From Camelus ferus (lineage: Eukaryota): a stretch of 64,000 nucleotides of DNA. The DNA lies in NCBI RefSeq assembly GCF_009834535.1, contig NC_045697.1, positions 35,094,001-35,158,000 on the forward strand, written 5' to 3'. Below are positions 14,113 to 29,227 of the stretch, one piece after another. The position numbers and the translations under genes are program-made. Each line of letters begins with the position of its first letter. Position 1 is the first letter of the stretch. The notes beneath the pieces were generated by a model. That model saw only the letters and a list, made by a program, of their open reading frames with translations. It did not search any database and was not told where the DNA came from.

Positions 14113-16523
14113 ATGATAAGGACATGACAAGTTATTCAAGAAACAAATAATTTATAATATATGAGGTAAAGGACTAACCCATAAAGAGTATTTACTCCTC
14201 TTTAAGGCTGAACCAACCATTTATCGGTATTTCAATACTCCTGGGACTCCACATCTCACCAAAATAAAACTGAATCACATTTTAATATATGTATATTACA
14301 TGGGACAAAAGTAAAAGCCCTATTAAAGTCAAGATATATTACATTGGTTAATCTCTGGATCTATTAAACCCTACATCATTTTGACATGGATGAAAATTGG
14401 GTTAGTTTGTCATGGTATTTCAGAAAGTTCCATTGATTTTTACTTCATTTTCTGTAGTTTTATTAGTCTTGAAGAGGATAAAAAGGCTTGCCTTTTACTA
14501 GGAAAGGAAAAAAAACCCCATATAGGATTTTAAATAACATGTATCTATGTTCTTGGTGATATATTTTATTCTTTGATGGCTGCATTTGAATGAAAGTATG
14601 AAGGTAACGGTAAAAGAGAGAAAGGGTAAGTGGAAAGGGAACTGTATGTTAGAACAATGTGGTAGTAGAACTGAAAACACAGGTGAACTATCCGAACCAC
14701 TGTATGGCCTTTTTTTTTAACGCTTTGAGTCCATGTGAACCATGGATCTGAAAGGATTTTGTGCAGGGGATTCGAAAAATGAGCCTGCTGAAAGGATGTT
14801 CTTAGGTTTACAGATCCCGATATTTTTTTTTCTACTAGAAGAGATAGCTGGACTATTATTTTTTTTAAAGGAAGACAAGGAGAAGGAGAATGAAGACAAT
14901 GACAATGGGGAGGGGGAAAGGAGAGGAGAGGAGGAAGGGGAAGAGGAGAAAGAAAAACCTCCAAGGGGTTGTCTGTGCCTTAAGTTCTGAAGCCAGTGCA
15001 ATTACGGGGGACTTTTAGATGAGAAGAGAGACTGATTGTTGAGTGGAAGAATGTCATGGGAAACAAAGGCAAAAGGGCACAACAGAGCCAGATTGGGAAG
15101 GGCCCTGAATGTCAGTGCAGGGAGTCTATACTTCTTTTTGCTGGAAGAAGAAATCCACCTACGAATTAACTGAGTAAAGAAGCGCAAACGCTGATCACCA
15201 AACCACTCACAAGACCTACATTTTGCTCAGAAGAGATGCTAGGGACCAACCACAATGAGCCCAAGTCCAAGCTCATTCATGGTATGGCGTTTCTGGTCCT
15301 CAGCTCCTTCTCCATCCCTACTTACTTCAGCCTGAGGGTCTCAGGATCCCAGCTGAACTGAGAGATCACAGAAAGCACATCTGGCTTTTAGAAAACACAA
15401 ATTTCAGAGGAAATCTGTTTTCCACATCTACTAAACAAACCATTATGAGAGGTACAAATTAAAGTGACTTTACCTTTGATTAACGCATTTATCTATTTCA
15501 CATTCAAAATTATTTTTTAAAACAAAAGAAAAACAAAAAATCAAAATAAAACTATTTTTATTTGAAGACCTCAGATATTCAGACGTGTCTTCTCATGTAC
15601 ATTGTAAAAACAAAAGCAAAGAATAAAGATTATATAATTGAAATATTTTTATATTGCCTATGTCAAAAAAGACTATCAATTAACTTTTATTTCTTACACT
15701 TGCTGTTTCCTGTCATATCATATATTCTATTCCATTTTATACAACAAAAGCAAAACTCCCTGTCCAAACATGTCATATGCAAAATATAATTTTTTTTTTC
15801 TTTTAGGTGGCCTGACTTTTTCCCAAAACATTACGGTGTGTATGGCTGGAAATATATGGATCATCTTTAAATGTTATATAACTTTTTAAAGACTAAAAGT
15901 CACACACACACACAAAAAAACCCTTTCAAATCAGTACAGGTGTCTATACATACACTTGTACTCATCTTGAATAGTAAAAAATACATGTGATGATTCTTAC
16001 ACTATGCTACATATTTATGTCTTTACTATCTATGTCATTCAGATGCTGAGCTCATGAGTGCAGTGCCTAGAACAATGCCAATGAACAACAGGTATTCAAA
16101 TACTCACTGAATGAATAAACATAAATAATTTATTATCCTGAGATGTCCTCGCTAGTCTGCAAATCACTTGCACTTGACAATTCAGTCTTATCCAAGTCAA
16201 ATCACCTCCATTCCTCAACTATCACTGCACAATTATTACACGTTGAAATGCAGGCTTGAGGGCTTTGGAAGAGAATTTCTTTGAAAGTGGAGGTAAAACA
16301 AGATTGAAGTAGGTGAATGACAGGCAGACTATATTTCCAGCTAAAAGCCTATATTTAACACAGTTTCTGTTCAGCTCCATTTTGCTAACATGATTTCATG
16401 TCTTGGATGGCAAACGAAGGTAAAAAGAATGGGGAGTGAGAGGTACAGGACACGAGAGCCTGAGGCAACAGAAAGAAGTAAAATTAAATGACGAGAATTT
16501 TGTTTCTGTGGGCCGTAATTTTA

Positions 16524-16781
<258 letters not shown>

Positions 16782-17204
16782 TTATTTACTGAGTGCCTAG
16801 TACGAATGGTGTCCCACAGCAATTGTTAGCACAAGTTTTTGTAATAACCCCATGTATGTATTATATATATTCACAATCTTTCTCTTTTTGTACATTAGGA
16901 GCTTGTACATACCTCTCACTGTTACATCTGTCAGAAATTAAACCTAACCTAAAGAATTAGTAAGAGGAAGAAAAATATGAAAATACAGTGCCAGATAACT
17001 TTCTCATAAATCTAAGTTGAAAAATCACAGATGGCGTCTACTGAAGTCCAATTCTAAACTAAAGACCATCACCTGAACACAAATAGATGTTTTATTTAAA
17101 ACCACGATCTCCCTGGGAAACTGGAAAGAGAAGAAGACAAGTTCTAGGATTTGAACACCAAGAAGAGTCTCACGGTATAAGAATACAGGGTTTTGGCCAT
17201 AGTT

Positions 17205-17300
17205 GCGGATGGATATAGCTCAGTGGTAAAGCGCATGCTTAGCATGCACGAGGTCTTGGGTTCAATCACTAGTATCTCCATTAAAAGAAAAAAAAAAAAA
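17205..17300 (+). mobile_element. tRNA-Ala-derived SINE (camelid Vic-1 type), short form
   Basis: tatagctcagtggtaaagcgcatgcttagcatgcacgaggtcttgggttcaatc (A and B boxes) plus poly-A. Confidence 0.88.
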
Positions 17301-17692
17301 GAATATAGAATTTTGGCAGTTTTCCTGCATCACAACAATTGCTTTCCATCACAAACCACCTGAATAAGTCTTTCTTTGAATATTTTCTTAACTTCTTGTA
17401 TGACTGTTAAAGCTCCTCACTGAACTACTGAAAGGCACTCCTGAATTCAGTTTTGCATGACTGGTTCCAGTGATGACTCCTGCAGGGCTGCACCTACCTT
17501 AACTGATACCTTCCTTTGATTTACAGTTTAAGCGTGGACTATCTTTTCCCCTTGTTACCACTTCATAACAAAAGTAATTGATGTTTTTGCTTAGAAACCA
17601 AACAATAACAATATCTTCAGTTGGTAACACTAGTACCCCCTTCATTGGGAGTGTTTCGATCCCAGGTAGAACAGTAGAAAACGTTCCACTTA

Positions 17693-17908
<216 letters not shown>

Positions 17909-19546
17909 TTAGAAATGAGTAACATTTCTAGATTAAAGACAGAATAAACACAGTAACTCAAAAACAAGGGTTTTAAAATAAAAGTAAGGACTAAGGGTTT
18001 AGCCAAGTTATAAAGTAAAGTGAGCTAAGTTTCACTAACTACTAAACTTTAACCAGAACCATTCAGGTTAGCTCAGTGGCTCTCCACCTTTTTCCTGACT
18101 CCATTTGCTACTCACATGTATAAAAACACGACCACCAGTAACATCCCTGATTATACACCATACCTCTGGGTGAGCTGCTAAGCATACCATCAAACAACCA
18201 CACCTACTTCCTACCCCTGGCTAGTTCCTCTCTGCTGATATGGATGAAATGTTCTAAAATGTTGCCACTGAAGAGATGAAGAGATACAGAACCAAAGAAG
18301 ACTACACTGTGTTAGAACTGTGGGGAAAGCTCCAGTTTACTCTTTACTGCTATTGACACAGAACAGAGAATTATAATAACATAAGCAATCTGTGAGAATC
18401 ACAAATAAACTTAATAGAAATGTGCTGTAATAGATGCTTTTAAAGCTTAGGATATATAAATGGACAGCACAAAGGTAAATGGAGTGGGATGAACAAATGC
18501 TACTCAATTTGAACCGTCCCTCAAGTTGCCTGAATTGTAGGTGAATTACCAGATTCATTTCACGAATGAATCCAACATGGCGGTAGCGGCGGTAAGAGGT
18601 CCACTGGCTACCATTAGCAGTCCCGAAGGTCTCTCTTCATCTCAAGGATCCAGAGAAAAAGAACTCCCTCTTCATAAAAAATTCTGTACCTGATCCAACC
18701 CACTGCTCGTAAAATTAGTATTTTTAAATTAGCATATAGTAAAACATGCTTCATTTTGTTTTTCTTAACTAAAAAACTATGGGTTGCAGGAATATTTAAG
18801 GTCTTGTTCAGTTCCATGCTATAGGAAGTATCAGTTCATGAAGATAAATTGATACCTCTAGGAATTAAACATTTAACTTTCCTAATATTTTATATTCTTT
18901 ATAACTTCCAAATGTATTTTATCCAGGAAAATAGAAAACAATGAAACAGTTTATTTGATTGTATATGCTATTCTTCCTTTCTTCATTAAATCTGTCTTCC
19001 TTTAATAATACATTTATTTATAAATTATCATAATGTAACAGGCAAATAGTTTCTGATATAGAGAATTAAAGTAAAAATAAGGTTCTAATTTTATTCAACT
19101 ATTTTTGAAAATTTATATTAACAGTGAACAGCATCACTCAAAGGAAATCCCTTTAAATATCTAGAGAAGAAACAACAAAATGCCATCTGCTACTATAAAT
19201 ATATATTAAAGCAGTTTACCCCAACATAGCTTTTTATTGTGAAAAAGAAATCAAGTTATGAAGCATGATCATTTATAGTTTAATTAATCATTTATGTAAG
19301 AAAAGAAATGGAAATTTTCCTTAAAATGTTGTTTAATAAGATTTCAAATTCTGATTTTTCATTCATTAGTAAAGTGGATGCAAGATGCGAATAATCTAGA
19401 TATCATTACAGTAATATATTAATACATTAATAATTAATTAATAGCTAGTAATCACTAGTACTTTGAAAGATTTGAAAAGGGTTACATAAGGTGATCTTAT
19501 CACCATAACAGAAGGCTAGCCTTCTCAATTATGGTTTCTTCCTAGA

Positions 19547-19705
19547 CCAGTGGCTATGTACTAAGTGCATGAATCGGAATCACCTAGGGCGCTGCTGTTC
19601 AATACAGGTGCCAGAGCACCACCCTTGGTGATTGAGTCAGCAGAACTGGACTGGGATCCAGAAACACAGTCTTTTTTGGTAAGCCTCCAACAAGTAATTC
19701 TGACT
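19547..19705. mobile_element. MER5-like hAT DNA transposon remnant
   Basis: cagtgg...gaatcacctagg...tgattgagtcagcag...taagcctcc...taattctga, resembling MER5A. Confidence 0.5.
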
Positions 19706-19979
19706 GGTCATCTCTCTATAATCAAGTAGACTAATATGAATATTAACTTCCATTTCCTAGAAAGATTAATTATGAGAAAAGTAGCTCAGGAATACTGAGG
19801 GCTATACAAAGCTAATCTGGGTTATGGGGTTTTGCAAACAATCAACATGGAATAAAATAATTCTTGAGCAAACATAACTATGATAAAAATAACACTTGTT
19901 CAAACATTCAATCTCAGCAAGAGGAATTAATATTAGAGGACCACTGCTAAATTTTAGATACTAGTATTCTATATAAAGG

Positions 19980-20030
19980 GTTTGGGGTTTGGTTTGGTTT
20001 GGTTTGGTCTGGTTTCGTTTTGGTGGGTTC
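19980..20030. repeat. (GGTTT)n simple repeat
   Basis: Directly visible. Confidence 0.8.
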
Positions 20031-20059
20031 TTTTTTTTTTGGCCATTGTGTATCTTCTT

Positions 20060-20415
20060 TTCGAGTTTCTCTAGCTTTCTAACATAGACAGTCTGCTTCG
20101 CCTTTGCACAAGCACAGCTGGAAGGACAGGTGTGAGCATGGGATGTAGTTAATGCCTCTTAGGGCAACCCTCAACTACTGGGGATAGGGGCTGCAGATAA
20201 ATATTCCAGCCCCTCACCCCCATTCTTCAGGCATACCATGACAGGTGACACTCTGTATAATTCTCAGAATGGAATGAACCCGCCAGTGCCCAGAGCAGTG
20301 CTCTCTACGATGCACATTTCTATCAGTCTTTCCTCCTCCCAGCTTCACTCTCAAGTCTGCTCCCTGGGATCTCGTTCCAGGACCCAGTTCTTGTCTCTGG
20401 CTCTGCTTTTAGGAT
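20060..20415 (+). mobile_element. Solo LTR, ERVL class (LTR16-like)
   Basis: ggcaaccctcaac...gataaatattccagcccctc...tgctccctgggatc...tcttgtctctggctctgcttt, matching recalled LTR16 motifs. Confidence 0.6.
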
Positions 20416-20868
20416 GGGGTGTAGAGGGGAGAGCTGGGCTGGGAGCTTTTAATATAAAGGTTTTGACAGCCCCAGCAGGAAAAAAATAAATGTTAAAAGG
20501 TGAAATACTGTCATGTAAAAACTGTAAACAAGGAAAGACTGAGGGACATAATTAGAAACACTCTGAGAAATTTTCAAAGGGCACAGTATAAAACGAGTGC
20601 CAATGAAAAGCAAAAAGTTTTAAAATGCTTATTAATGTACAGAAATCAATAAAGTTCACAGTTCATTCTATGAACTATAAAGTTCAAAGTTAGCTCATTC
20701 TACTTGTCTTGTTAAAAAACAACCATTTCCAGACTGAATCTAGTGTATAAAGACATACAGGACCACTAAACAAAATAAAGGGGTTTCTTAATACTGGATA
20801 TATTCGAACCAGACTGTTAGGATAAATATTTTCCTTTCAGGAAAAAGTATTTCCCCACATTGGCATAC

Positions 20869-20922
20869 CTGGTCAAACTGAAGATCTTCACCCCTCTGAA
20901 GAGATCTAGACAATGGCTTCTC
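20869..20922 (-). CDS. FRYL: FRYL coding exon, 54 nt: EKPLSRSLQRGEDLQFDQ
   Basis: Acceptor ttttttaattgtag|, donor CAG|GTATGC, phase 0/0. Confidence 0.95.
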
Positions 20923-23900
20923 CTACAATTAAAAAAAAAAAAAGAATATATACAAAATATTAGAAATCTTACATACGATAAACAATTGAGATTTGTGAGC
21001 TGGGTTCATTTTTGTTTTCATTTGTAATTAGAATCTTTTTTTAAAAGGTTCCAATCTGCTAATTCAAAAACATTTAATGTAATTAGTTTAACTTAGAATA
21101 GCATACATAGTGTGACCCCTTTTGTGAGTCTACACACTTGCCTTGCTGGCTACCCCACATATAATCATCTCTTATGAATGAATATAAGAGATGTTTCAGA
21201 TTATGTTCAAATATATGGTGACTGATTCTTTTGTTGAGATTTTTTAAGATTATTTTCTAAACTTTCCACATTATGCTTTTATATTGAATTTTTATCTGAA
21301 ATACGTATCACAGAAAAAACAAATGCCATTCTATGAGAAAAACTAGAATTCAGAAATACACATATTTTAAAGTTTGTCTATCCAATAGAGTCCCAATTTC
21401 CTTCTCTCATTTATGACTAATCTCCATGAAAATATGCTCACAAATGTACTTGCCTCTGAACTGTAAAATTCTTTATCCAACTATCAGAGAATTGTGTTTT
21501 AAACTAATTTAACTGGGGTCAGTAAAATGCCTGAACTTCATGGCACTTGACATTCTTGATAAGGACAGGTTTTTGGCACGTCCTTGGCACTTGAGCCCTG
21601 CTAGGCTAAGCACACTTTGGCAATGATCTCATAGACAGGTCTTCTACCTCTAAAAGCAACTATTATACCCTATCGACACCCAACACAATAATGATCCTGT
21701 CCAATAACATGTACACCCAAGTAACTAGCTCCAAAATTTAAGTAGAATGGGACATCTCATCGTAAGTCCAACAGAACATTGTTTCTAAGAGTACCTAAAA
21801 GTTTGAAAAATACTGAGCTATCCTAATGTGAATTGTGTATTTAAAACCTGGGCGGGGGGTAGTGCTAGGGGAGATGATAAGCAGTTTCTTCCCAACTTAT
21901 CTGACTTACTTGATCCCCTCCTCTTGATGCCCCCTTTCCACTATAATATTAAATTTACAGGTCTTCAGTCATGCTTTGAGGAAGGTTGTTCTAAGTAGTT
22001 TATTATTCATATACCGTGTTTATATAGTAAAGTAATGGCCAAGAAGAACAGAAGAGAGCAGTAACCTTCTCAGAAACACTTATGCTGTTTTCCTATATTT
22101 AACACTTGTCATTTCTCAACAAACTCATGCTTCCTCAAAGATTTCTGAAGATTTGACATCTTCAAGGAGCTTTCCCTAAACCAAACAGTGGGGGTGAGCT
22201 ATTTTTTCCATAATAAAAACTCAGAAATGATTTTTGAATGCAGAAGAACACTCACATTACCATACATACAAAGACGTGAAATAAGAGTACTGCACTAAAT
22301 AAAAGCACCTCATCAAGGACTTTAAATTAACCTACGGTTGAGGATGACCCAATCATTGTCAAACAGATGTACTTGCAATATGAGATTTTGAAAAGATAAA
22401 CCACTTAAAAATATGTTTATAGTAAATGTAACCCACAATCACAACAACTAAAAAAGAATACAGATTATTGTCTATATTCATATAAAGATGAATGCAAAGA
22501 CGTAGGTACAAGAATATTTACTGTAGCATTTTTTTCATAACAGCCCCAAATTGGTGTAAGTCCCAGATTGTCTATCCACAGAGACAGGTTAAAAAAAAAA
22601 AGTTTATAGTTCTTTCTTTTATTGAAATAATATTCAACTGGTTGAAAGGATGAAACAAATTTATATGGGCTGATAATAGAACATTCTCTGATTTACATTG
22701 TTAAAATAAAAATAGTTACAGAAAAAATATACATATAAAACCTCTCATTTGTGTTCCCCTCCCAAAAAAGGTGGAAGCTGCTACAGAGATTGATAAATAG
22801 TAGACATGAAAAATGGCAGATGAAAAAGTATGGACCGTGATTTGATCCAGAATGGAAGCAAGGGTCATTGTTTTTATTATATAACCTTTAAAACTATTTC
22901 TACTTTTTATAATGTCATTAGATTAATAATGATTCTAAAGCTAATAATCCTTTATATTCTAATTTGATTCTTTAAGTAGTATCTATGTATGGAGGCACTA
23001 ATAGCAGCATGGAGCTTCCAGCAAAAGCAAGGGAGTTTATTGAAGATTCTGATGGCATAACAATGATGCTGAAATATTTCAATAATTTGCAACTGCAGAT
23101 GGCATTCTCTCCTAAACAATCCTTGTCCTCACAGAGCTAAAAGTCTAATGGCAGAGCAAAGAAAATACATACTACACCTTACACTGACTTTAGGATAGGA
23201 AGTTGCAACAGAGCAACCTCAAGATTTTATATTGACCATGGGGAAGATGACATTTGAGTCACAATCAGAGGGAAGTGAATAAGCTTGCTACGCAGACTGA
23301 AGGAAAGATAATCCAGTCAGTACCCTGGCACTCCCAAAGGGCTGAGGAATCAGAGAACTTCAGTGCTACGAAAGTGTGGGTGAAGGTGAAGTTAAAAGTA
23401 AGAGGGTGGGCTGAATGATTGTTTAGGAAAGGTGTAGACCTTCCTTCTCATTCCCTTCACCCTACTTACAAAGGAACTGCCCTTCCTGGGAATGGGCAAA
23501 ACCCAGACATGCCGACTGGGGGGTACTACAGTTGAAGACGAGGTATCATACTGAAGGTATCATGTCTTCAACAGGGAGCTTAGGTGAAAATGTACATACC
23601 AGATACCAAAAACCCCAGTTACCTCCTGCCTCTAGATCTCAGGATGCTAGCAGCCAAGCTCAGACCTTTCCGTGTGGGCTGCTGAAGGAACCCCCTCAGG
23701 AGACTAACCAGCCCCCAGCAAAAGATCTGACATTGATGGTTCAGATGATTACATATTAAAGACCACTGTCAAAAAAGCATGTACACTGGGCTTCCAATCA
23801 GCTGTCTAGTGCCTCAATCATAATAAATAATATATAACAAGTTATAATAAACATGTGAGGAGAAGGAGAAGCTAATAGAAAATGCAATTTGGAGGAAATT

Positions 23901-24624
23901 CTTTTAAAACTACATACATATGTAATATTTAATATGAAAAAGTAGTGGACACTGCAGAGTTGTAAAAATGCTGGGCCTAACCAAAATACATAAAGTCTAG
24001 GCCGGTAGATGATTGGTTAGTCTTTTTTCCTATCTTCTCTTCTGGTCACTGGCAATCTAAAGATAAGATTAACAGGTAAGCTTGGATGTGCCTGTATCAT
24101 TATCCAGGACTGATCAGCCTCCTTTTAGGAAGAAAGAAACCTAAGGTATTGGATTGCATAGTTTGCAAGCTGCAATTTTAATCAATGGTTGCCCTTCCTT
24201 CTTGAAACTTCCTTCTAAGATGAAAATGAAATTGAGGCTGAAGTCAAGCTCAGCTGATCTTCAAATCTTTTGGCTTCCTTAATCTTCTTTAATTATGGCT
24301 TCTAATATGAGAATGAAAAGGTCAGTTCCCTCATTTTTGTGGTAGATTAAATTCTTTTAGCAAAAGCCATTCATTTTTGTGCGTCTAGGTTTTTATGTAA
24401 CCTACTGTCCACTTGACCATGAGACCTGCATGCTAGCAATCTATTATGTAATTCACAGACCCTGATGAAGAAAATAACATTTTATAGATTAACTACATTT
24501 CCAACTAAACCTTATAGTCATTAATTCATATCTACAAGCTCTTGTAATCCTGAATTCTAAAGCAGACCTTTATCTTATATGCATGCTATAGAATATACAT
24601 ACACTGGTATAAAAACAAACATTA

Positions 24625-24760
24625 GGGGGAGGCGTATAGCTCAGGGGTACAGTGTGTGCTTAGCATGCACAAGGTCCTGGGTTCAATCCCCAGTGCCACC
24701 ATTAAAAAGTAAACAAACCTAATTACCTCCTCACTGCAAAATGTAATAAAGGAAAAAAAA
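24625..24760 (+). mobile_element. tRNA-Ala-derived SINE (Vic-1 type), long form
   Basis: gggggaggcgtatagctcagg...ggtcctgggttcaatccccagt, then aacctaattacctcc extension and A tail. Confidence 0.88.
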
Positions 24761-26334
24761 GTTTTTTTTTTTTTAAAAACCCCATTAATTTGATATGCAG
24801 AAAGCAATCGTGAAATAATTTAAATTGAATATCGTTAAGATGCACAGTTTTGAAATACACATTTTGGCTAGTGATTGTTTACCTGTTACTATTTATTAAA
24901 CCTCAGATACATTATTTCATAGATGCTTTTCTCAGAGTAGTTTCCTTTAATGATCAGAAAGAAACTCACAGGCATGCATGTACCCACTTACACACCATCA
25001 CATTAGCAATGTTAAATTCTACGCTGCTAAGAAAATTAAGAACACATAATAATACTTCGACTTCCCTCCTTTCTTAGGTCATCATTATTCTCTCCTCTGT
25101 TCCTTTCCTCCCTTCTTTCTGAGGAAGGACAGCAGGCTGAGTGAGCCTAATGCTTCATTTCTGTCACTTCTTGGCTTTTGGCTTCAGATAAGTAACAAAC
25201 CCTTTGAGGCTCAAAATGGCCTAGTTGTGTTAAGGAATAAATAAGCTTCAGCTGTTACATCCTCGACTTCTACCTTCACTATTATCATCCCACTTCTAAC
25301 CTACAATGTGATCTTGGTAAATCACATATCCATTCCCTTCAAATCCAAAGAGTTACTCCCTGAAGTTATATCATCCTGCTAAAACTGTTCTCAGGCTGAT
25401 TAATCTCCTTTCCTCAGTTCACTGTACTCTGCCTTTCTCTATTATAGGACAATCATAACACTATTCTCTTTCCCTTGATATCACTGTCTGCTCTTTTGAC
25501 TTTAATTATCGCCCTCATGTACATGATGTAAAAATCTCTATTTCTGTTTACCATCTCTTGTGAGTTCCCAAAAAGAATCCCCAGCTACCAATCAAATAGT
25601 TCCACAGGGTTTAGATCAGTAGTAGCTCCAGCTTAACATACACAAAGGAAAAATTATCTTACTCACCTTTACTACCCCAGTAGTATCTCTGTGTTCTTTA
25701 CCTAAATGAACACACTACCATCTTTTCTAGTGGTAAATCTTTAACCCTTCACTTTCACTCAAAACACCTGCTCCTATTTAACTTTGTGTCAGCTTCTACT
25801 TATTTTGTTTCTGTTATTTATCTCATTTTTTCTGCAGCCACTTGCACCATTAATGCCCTAGTTTGAGACTCTTTCCATTCCAGCCTGAATTATATACAAT
25901 AGCTAAAGTCTCTGCCTTTAATCTGTTCTCCCTCTTACTGTTCAACCACTGTATAATCTATCCTAATAGCCTTCACACTTCTAACCCAATCATTTGTTCT
26001 AACCCAATCTAACCCAAACATTTGTTTTCAGTATTCCTCTTCCTTCTTCCTTGCCATAAGCTCAAATCACATAGAGCACCCACATTCCTTAAGTATCCCC
26101 ATGTACTACAAGTTCAAAGCTGTTTACTTGTTTATTATAAATTTGGCCACTGTCATACCATCTACTCACAGAATATTCTAGATTTTTCTTTATTTTCTAT
26201 TATGTTTTATCTGTCTCAACAATTCCCATTGGTGAAATCCATTTTTGTTCTTTGGTGACCTGCAGTAACTTATCAAATTCCAGAGTCATTACAGCTTTTT
26301 TAGATCACAACTTTACTACTGGTCTAGCCCTTAC

Positions 26335-26790
26335 TTTTTTTAAGATTATTTTTTGGAACAGTTTTAGGTTCATGGCAAAAATGAGCAGAAGGCAGACTTG
26401 CCATATACCCCTGTGCCCACACATGCACAGTGTCCCCCATTATTAACATTCTGCACCAGAGGGGTGCATTTGTTGTAACTGCTGAACCTACACTGACACA
26501 TCCTAATCTCCCGGTCTACAGACTGCACTGTGATTCACAACTGGCCTTGTATATTCCATGGATTTGGACAGATGTATAATGACATGTATCCATCACTGTA
26601 GTATCATACAGGATATTTCCACTGCCTTAAAAATCTTCTGTGTCTGCCTATTCACCCCACCTCTACTCCCACCCAACCCCTAGCAACCACTGATCTTTCA
26701 CTGTCTCCATAGTTTTGCCTTTTCCAGAATGTCATATAGTTGGAATTATACATTATGTAGCTTTTTTAGATTGGCTTCCTTTAATATTTT
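26335..26790 (-). mobile_element. L1 3' UTR fragment (L1MC-like)
   Basis: cagttttaggttca...ccactgatctttcactgtctccatagttttgccttttccagaatgtcatatagttggaat. Same family as 39570-40190 and the reverse of 32700-33350. Confidence 0.8.
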
Positions 26791-26865
26791 TTTCAAGTAT
26801 ATTATTTCCTTTGGAAAACTTGTATTATATTGGTTAACACAAGTCAAGAAAATATTTCAGATTTA

Positions 26866-27114
<249 letters not shown>

Positions 27115-27139
27115 TCAAAAATCAGCTCAGTTAAAGCCA

Positions 27140-27450
27140 ACCATAACCACCCTATTTAATGTGCATCTTGCCCCTAAACCCCATCCAGATTTCCCAATCT
27201 GTATTACCATACTCTGTTTTTTTTTTCTACTACACTTACTGCCTTCTAACACACTGCCCAACATAACTATTATTTAGTTACATACTATGTTTATTACGTG
27301 CTGTTTTTCTCTTTACCCTACTATTGTGAATTCTTTAAGAATAGAGGTTCTCTCTTGTCTATTTTGTTCACTGATGAATCCCAAGTGCCTAGAACAATGC
27401 CTGGCATATACTAGGCGTACAAAAAACAGATACTGAATGGATGAATTCTA
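27140..27450 (+). mobile_element. LINE-2 3' fragment
   Basis: ttgttcactgatgaatcccaagtgcctagaacaatgcctggcata...tgaatggatgaa (L2 3' end). Confidence 0.65.
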
Positions 27451-27519
27451 AACAAAGTTCTGTGCAAGGAAGGAAATAAAACGTGAATAAATGAAACACA
27501 AATGGAGTTAAGAGGTTGA

Positions 27520-27960
27520 AATACACTACTCTGGAGAGGCTCAGGAAAGGCTTCCTCTGAAGAAACTGCATTTGAACTCAGATTTAAATGATGAAGAAAG
27601 AGGAAACAAGGCAAAGCACCGGCAAAGAAAGTGCAAAGTTGAGTGTGAATGAGAAACAAAAGGAGGACCCATGCAGCCGGAGCTCAAGAGAGGGAGCAGG
27701 GGGGTGAGAGCAATGTGACATGAGGTCAGAACTCTTAGTGAGGATCAAAGTTTCAGAAGTTTGTAAGGAAATCAGATTCTATTCTCAATGTAATTAAAAT
27801 TCATGATAAGTATTAACTTGGAGAGGGACAGGATGTGGCTTCTCTTTAAAAGACCCTCTTGGCTGCTCTGGAGAATGGACTGGAAGGGGGCAAATGCAGA
27901 ATTGGGGAAGCATGAGGGAACCCAGGGGAGATGGTCCCAGCTTGGGCTAAGAGAATGGAA
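27520..27960 (-). mobile_element. LINE-2 fragment
   Basis: tcaggaaaggcttcctctgaagaa...atttgaactcagattt...ctcttggctgctctggagaatggactgga. Confidence 0.55.
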
Positions 27961-29194
27961 TCTGCACAGCAGAGGAGGAGGACTCGAGATTTGTCAGATG
28001 TTAGTGGACCTGACATTGAGGTGAGGGGAAGGAATTTATGATGACTCATATGGCTTTTCTTGGAATCACTCTAAGGAGAGACAGGGATGACTTTGCGCCT
28101 GGCAAACAGTACATCGCACCAAGTGTGGCCCAAAAAGAACTCACATCAGTGCTTGCTGTTTATCTTCACCTGCTCTGTTCTCTTGACTGCCTGGGTTTTA
28201 TCTATAGTTTAGTCCAGTCACCCGATCCTCCAGGCTGTTGTATAATACAGAACTTCCCATTCTTTAACTTCAACTTTTAACATCCCCTTTGGCCTAGAAT
28301 ATTCACAGAGAACCCTCCAGAATGTACTTCTCTTCCTCAACATCAACTCCAGACACTGTCCTTCCAATACGCTGTCCTATCAACAACGCCCTCCCTTGAA
28401 ACAAGAAGCAGAACACAATTTTTCAAACACTGAAATTTCTGTCCATGTGCATGTGTGTATGTAACCATAGGACAAGAAATTTATTCTAAATAAACACATT
28501 CTCAAACATTCTCACATATAAGGAATTGTTCTATCAACAACCACAGTAATAAAAAAGCCTACATACCAAACATAGTATATGTCAAGATATCTAAAGGTGA
28601 CTGTGGTAACTCCAAAAGAAAATTCTAGAAAGTAATACAAAGTCACGTTATAGCAGTCACTTCAGAAAAATAATCTACAAATTAAAAAAAATAAATATCT
28701 TTGAAAGACAGAACTTCCAAATACCAAAGAATGGCTTCCTTTCATGTCCTACTCATTATCTTCGTTTATTTACTTATTTTTGCACAGAATATTTTCCTCC
28801 AAGGTTAAGATTAAAAATTAGTCACATGTGATGCTTATATATTTAAAGCAATAATAAAGAAAATTATAAACTGTTAATATTGCATCTAAAATAAATCTTT
28901 GTATCCCATAAAATTAAAATACAGTATGTATTGTATTCTAGAATGAAAATTATATAAGAACAATTCAAAACAAAAATTCACAGTCCTTTGAACACAGTAC
29001 ACACTATTTATTTTAAACAATGACTTGTTTGTTTACTCTGTTTCATGATCCAACATTGTGTATTATAAAGGAGAGAATGTGTTAACAAATGTCATTGTGG
29101 GAAAAGCAGATCTTAAATTTAAAAAATTTATTTTGGATCATTAAGAATACTCTATATTTTATATCCACATCATGTTGGATAACCCTAAGGAATC

Positions 29195-29227
<33 letters not shown>

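Noticed and set aside
17205..17285. Possible tRNA-Ala genes (also at 24625, 32858, 54035, 56354)
   Set aside because: Mismatched stems, poly-A tails, TSDs and multiple diverged copies mark them as SINEs.
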